DNA of 64,000 nt from Leptogorgia sarmentosa. Its lineage: Eukaryota. The notes below the pieces were generated by a model that made no database searches, was not told the DNA's origin, and worked only from the letters and a program-made list of their open reading frames with translations. The position numbers were made by a program, and so were the translations under genes. Location of the stretch: assembly GCA_964658305.1 (NCBI GenBank), contig OZ210884.1:1364001-1428000 (forward strand), written 5' to 3'. Of the stretch, positions 60,774 to 64,000 are shown in pieces. Numbering within the stretch: position 1 is the stretch's first letter; each line of letters starts with the position of its first letter.

Positions 60774-63700
60774 ATGTATGCCTTACGAATCACTTCCGTT
60801 GTGAAGTAATTTGTTTATTATATGAGTATAAAGAAGAGATACTGACATACGACAATTTCATGACAAAAACAACACGAGCGAAATATTTTAGTATAAAATT
60901 TTTAACCACTTAATTGCTTTGTTTTCTTACAGAAAATGCAAGCAGGAGCTTTACTTTACGACCTCAGCCAAGTACCTCACCATGCGTGACGGGTCATTAA
61001 TTTCGCCCGCGTGGGCGCTAAATACAGGGTGTTCCCAAAAAAGCCAAAACCATTGAAATTAACGGATTGTTTGAATTTGAATGTCCTAGCACTAAGTTAA
61101 TCCCATCAGTGCGTGAATGATTATGAAATCCATTATTTTAGTCTATCAAAATTTGGTTTCAATCAATGGAACGTGCAGATTATACAAGGATAGTTTAAGA
61201 CCCGTTTACACGGTACCGGAACCACTTGGTCACAGTGATCAAATTTAATAGTTTTTCGATTTTGACTACGAATTTCGACACATAATTCAAAAAGGGGCGC
61301 GAAGTTTTACCAACCTACCTACCTAGCTACCTGCCAAGATGTTTATATATATACATGTACCGAAGTGCCTCGCGAACCAAGCAATATGTGATCCGATACA
61401 ATGTAAACGTTGCCTGCTACTGAAAAACAACTACGACTATATTATAATGTATGTCGCATACAAATAGAATTGAAATGTGATTTTCGTTATTTGCCAGACG
61501 AAATTTTTTAAATGCAAAATTGCATTTTTGTAATTTCAAAATATCGATTATTTATGACAAACGAACTGTTTACAAAATAGAAAATTATTTCACACAAGCT
61601 CCATCAGTTTAATGGCCTGCCGTAGCTATCGACGACGTTACAAATTCCGAATTCGGTATCGCTGAATATTTCACAATTGGAAAATCGTGATGATCATCTC
61701 TGCCGTCTCATCATCTGTTTTGGGGAGATTCAAGGAGCTAAACCGAACCCTAAACCTAAACCTAATCCGGACTCATAACTGATCTTAATCCTAATCCTAA
61801 CACTGTCCGCGCAGGCAAAATCTTAACGCCTGGGAAGGACAATGTTATACTAACCCTTTTTGCAATTACCGTTCCCTATACCATGTGTTTCTGAATATCC
61901 TACTGGGAAGAACAATTCTTGATAGTAAATCGCATAATTTCAAGAGATAAATTCCGTCTTAATTATTCAACGAGTAGTGTGGTGTAGATAGTGTCAATTA
62001 ATTCTTTCACGTTTGATAATTTTTTGATAATTTTTGATGTAAGTTTCGATATAAGTTGTACATTTTTTGAAGTATATACTTCCATATAAAATACGTACGG
62101 GGAATATATTTCTTTAAAAATTTGATCATTCCAATATCTTCGTGCATTCAATTACAGGTACTTGATTAGCCCAATAAATCTAAATAATATTTAAGGTAAA
62201 TAATTATGATCTAATCTTTATTTATTCTTTTAGCACTTTAACTGGTGGCCAGTTTAACAGCGACTTTATTAAAAAAGTCACACGAAAGGAGATCTCTTTA
62301 AAACCAATGAGCAGACCACAAAGAACGGAGAATCATTTCCGAAATGTATATTCTACTTCTAATTATAATTATACAAATAAGTATAGGAAATAACTTACAC
62401 AGTTCATGCAATTCGTAACTTATACAGTTCCACAGTTTTCAAACAAACCGTGTCGAATGATCCAAATTTACTTTTAGCTTCACGTAAGTTATATTTCTCC
62501 CATTTTGTTTATTCCTAACAAGGGTGTACCAAGAAGAAAGCAGTGCTACTTTTGCGAACTCTAATTTAGCGTGCATGTAAACGTTCGTTGAACAGTACAG
62601 CTATATATACGGACGAATTGAACAGTACAGCTATATATACGAAAAAATTGGTGAAATTTGAATCAGTTGACGTGTTATTGTGCATTAGATATAATAACGT
62701 TTATCAATAAAATATTTGCAGGAACAAAGTTTTTCCCTTTGAAGGCAATAATTAAGACTTCATACGAATCAAATAGATGTTGGCGGTCGGCATTACATTT
62801 TTCACATCGTTGAAAATTGAGTTCATGCAGAACCTTGGAAATATTTTCCCATGCAATGAGAATTAAAATGAACTCAAAATTTTATTAACACCTCTGTTAC
62901 ATGAACGCTTCGTAGGAATCAGATAACTAAAATCTGATCTAATAATTTCATAAATTCAAACCTTAAGCATTATAACTGTAAAAATTTTGAATACATATAT
63001 TCACTTGTGAATTTGATTTTTGACAAATCTGGCCGAAATTAACATGGATGCAACTACGAGAAAAAAAAGAGTGGTGAACAACTTGAGTAAAACAAAAATA
63101 TGTTGCGCCAGATTTGGGAAGTTACTGTTATGTTTTGTATCTGGCAATGTTTGAAAACGATCACGGGATTTGATTAAGCCTTCTGTTCTACAGCTACTGT
63201 AGCCCACTGTTTACTGCATGTTAAGGAGTATTTTAGACTGATATGTAAATTACAAAAGAAATGGAATGAACTATGTATATCCGTGACATATATGTTTTTA
63301 GTAACTATATTTTGGGAAATCTAGCTTCAATATATAGCTTTGTTCTTAAATGATAATCACTGGATTAGTCTGTTTGGTAAATAGGGTAAGAGCAAAGGTT
63401 GGGAGTATGGTCAGGATTAGAGATTAAGTTTCGAGTTTGTAAATATGCAAATTGTGCCGTTTCATAAACTATAGATGCTGGCTGTCTCAGCGAAGTTTCG
63501 TTTCGACATTTACATGAATTATTGTTTTCTTCTCATTACATTGGTTTTTGAACAGATTTTGAACAGATTATGAATAGTTTTACATGTAATTATTATGTAA
63601 AAGCAATGTCAATAGGGATTACCGCGAACAGGTTTCGTATTGTGCGTCTAATAAACCGATACACGATCGTCCGACGTCCGCTAATGTCGATTTAAGTGGT

Positions 63701-64000
63701 CGGTTGTGTCAAAGGCGTTTATATTTTGGCTTAAAATGGTGGTTAAGTCATAAGCAAATTTGAAAGCATTACTTGATCGCATGTAATTGGTCTTTAAAGG
63801 TTTTCTTGAAATTGCCTATATACACAGCTTAAGCTGTATCTGTATTGATCACAACCGGGTGCACATAATTTTGAATGCGCGGTTAGACCCAGTGTTGGTT
63901 GTGAATATTTCCAAATTTGTTTTTTAACTTGTAATCTTGGGTGGGACACTTTCTCGACCTATTTCATATGGCATGCTTACCACAGTGGCGTGCTAGCAAT

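Noticed and set aside
61738..61802. cctaaa/cctaat repeats as telomere
   Set aside because: Short, degenerate and interstitial; similar patches at about 13368, 38912 and 63380 suggest a dispersed element.
60800..64000. Short ORFs in the last 3 kb
   Set aside because: No recognisable motifs or consistent exon chain; treated as intergenic or repeat-derived.

Overview
Eukaryotic, AT-rich, intron-containing genomic DNA from an invertebrate metazoan. An anthozoan/cnidarian source is inferred from gene and repeat content only. Reading splice sites and codon phases by hand gives five spliced genes: (1) the first 13 coding exons of an RNF213/mysterin-like giant E3 ligase on the minus strand (ATG at 25894, continuing past the left edge); (2) a divergently transcribed RAD51AP1-like gene (29074-36086, 8 exons, about 303 aa) with a tandemly duplicated exon; (3) an iodothyronine-deiodinase-like gene (39682-37296, 255 aa) with Cys where vertebrate enzymes have selenocysteine; (4, 5) two tandem paralogues encoding secreted PAN/apple-like plus CASPR-type fibrinogen-like proteins (48444-43248 and 58057-51800). 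Introns and intergenic DNA are dense with mobile DNA: a decayed Crypton tyrosine-recombinase transposon and non-autonomous relatives, Tc1-, P-, hAT- and PIF/Harbinger-type MITEs (some nested), and a BEL/Pao gag fragment. Two signals stand out. First, at least nine palindromic cores with mostly unrelated arm sequences share a strand-specific DNA hairpin architecture (GNA triloop plus tandem G.A mismatches); it is tied to the Crypton element and occurs in flip and flop orientations. Second, two minimal type I hammerhead ribozyme motifs lie in sense orientation inside RNF213 introns. Most entries in the ORF track are spurious or in the wrong frame.
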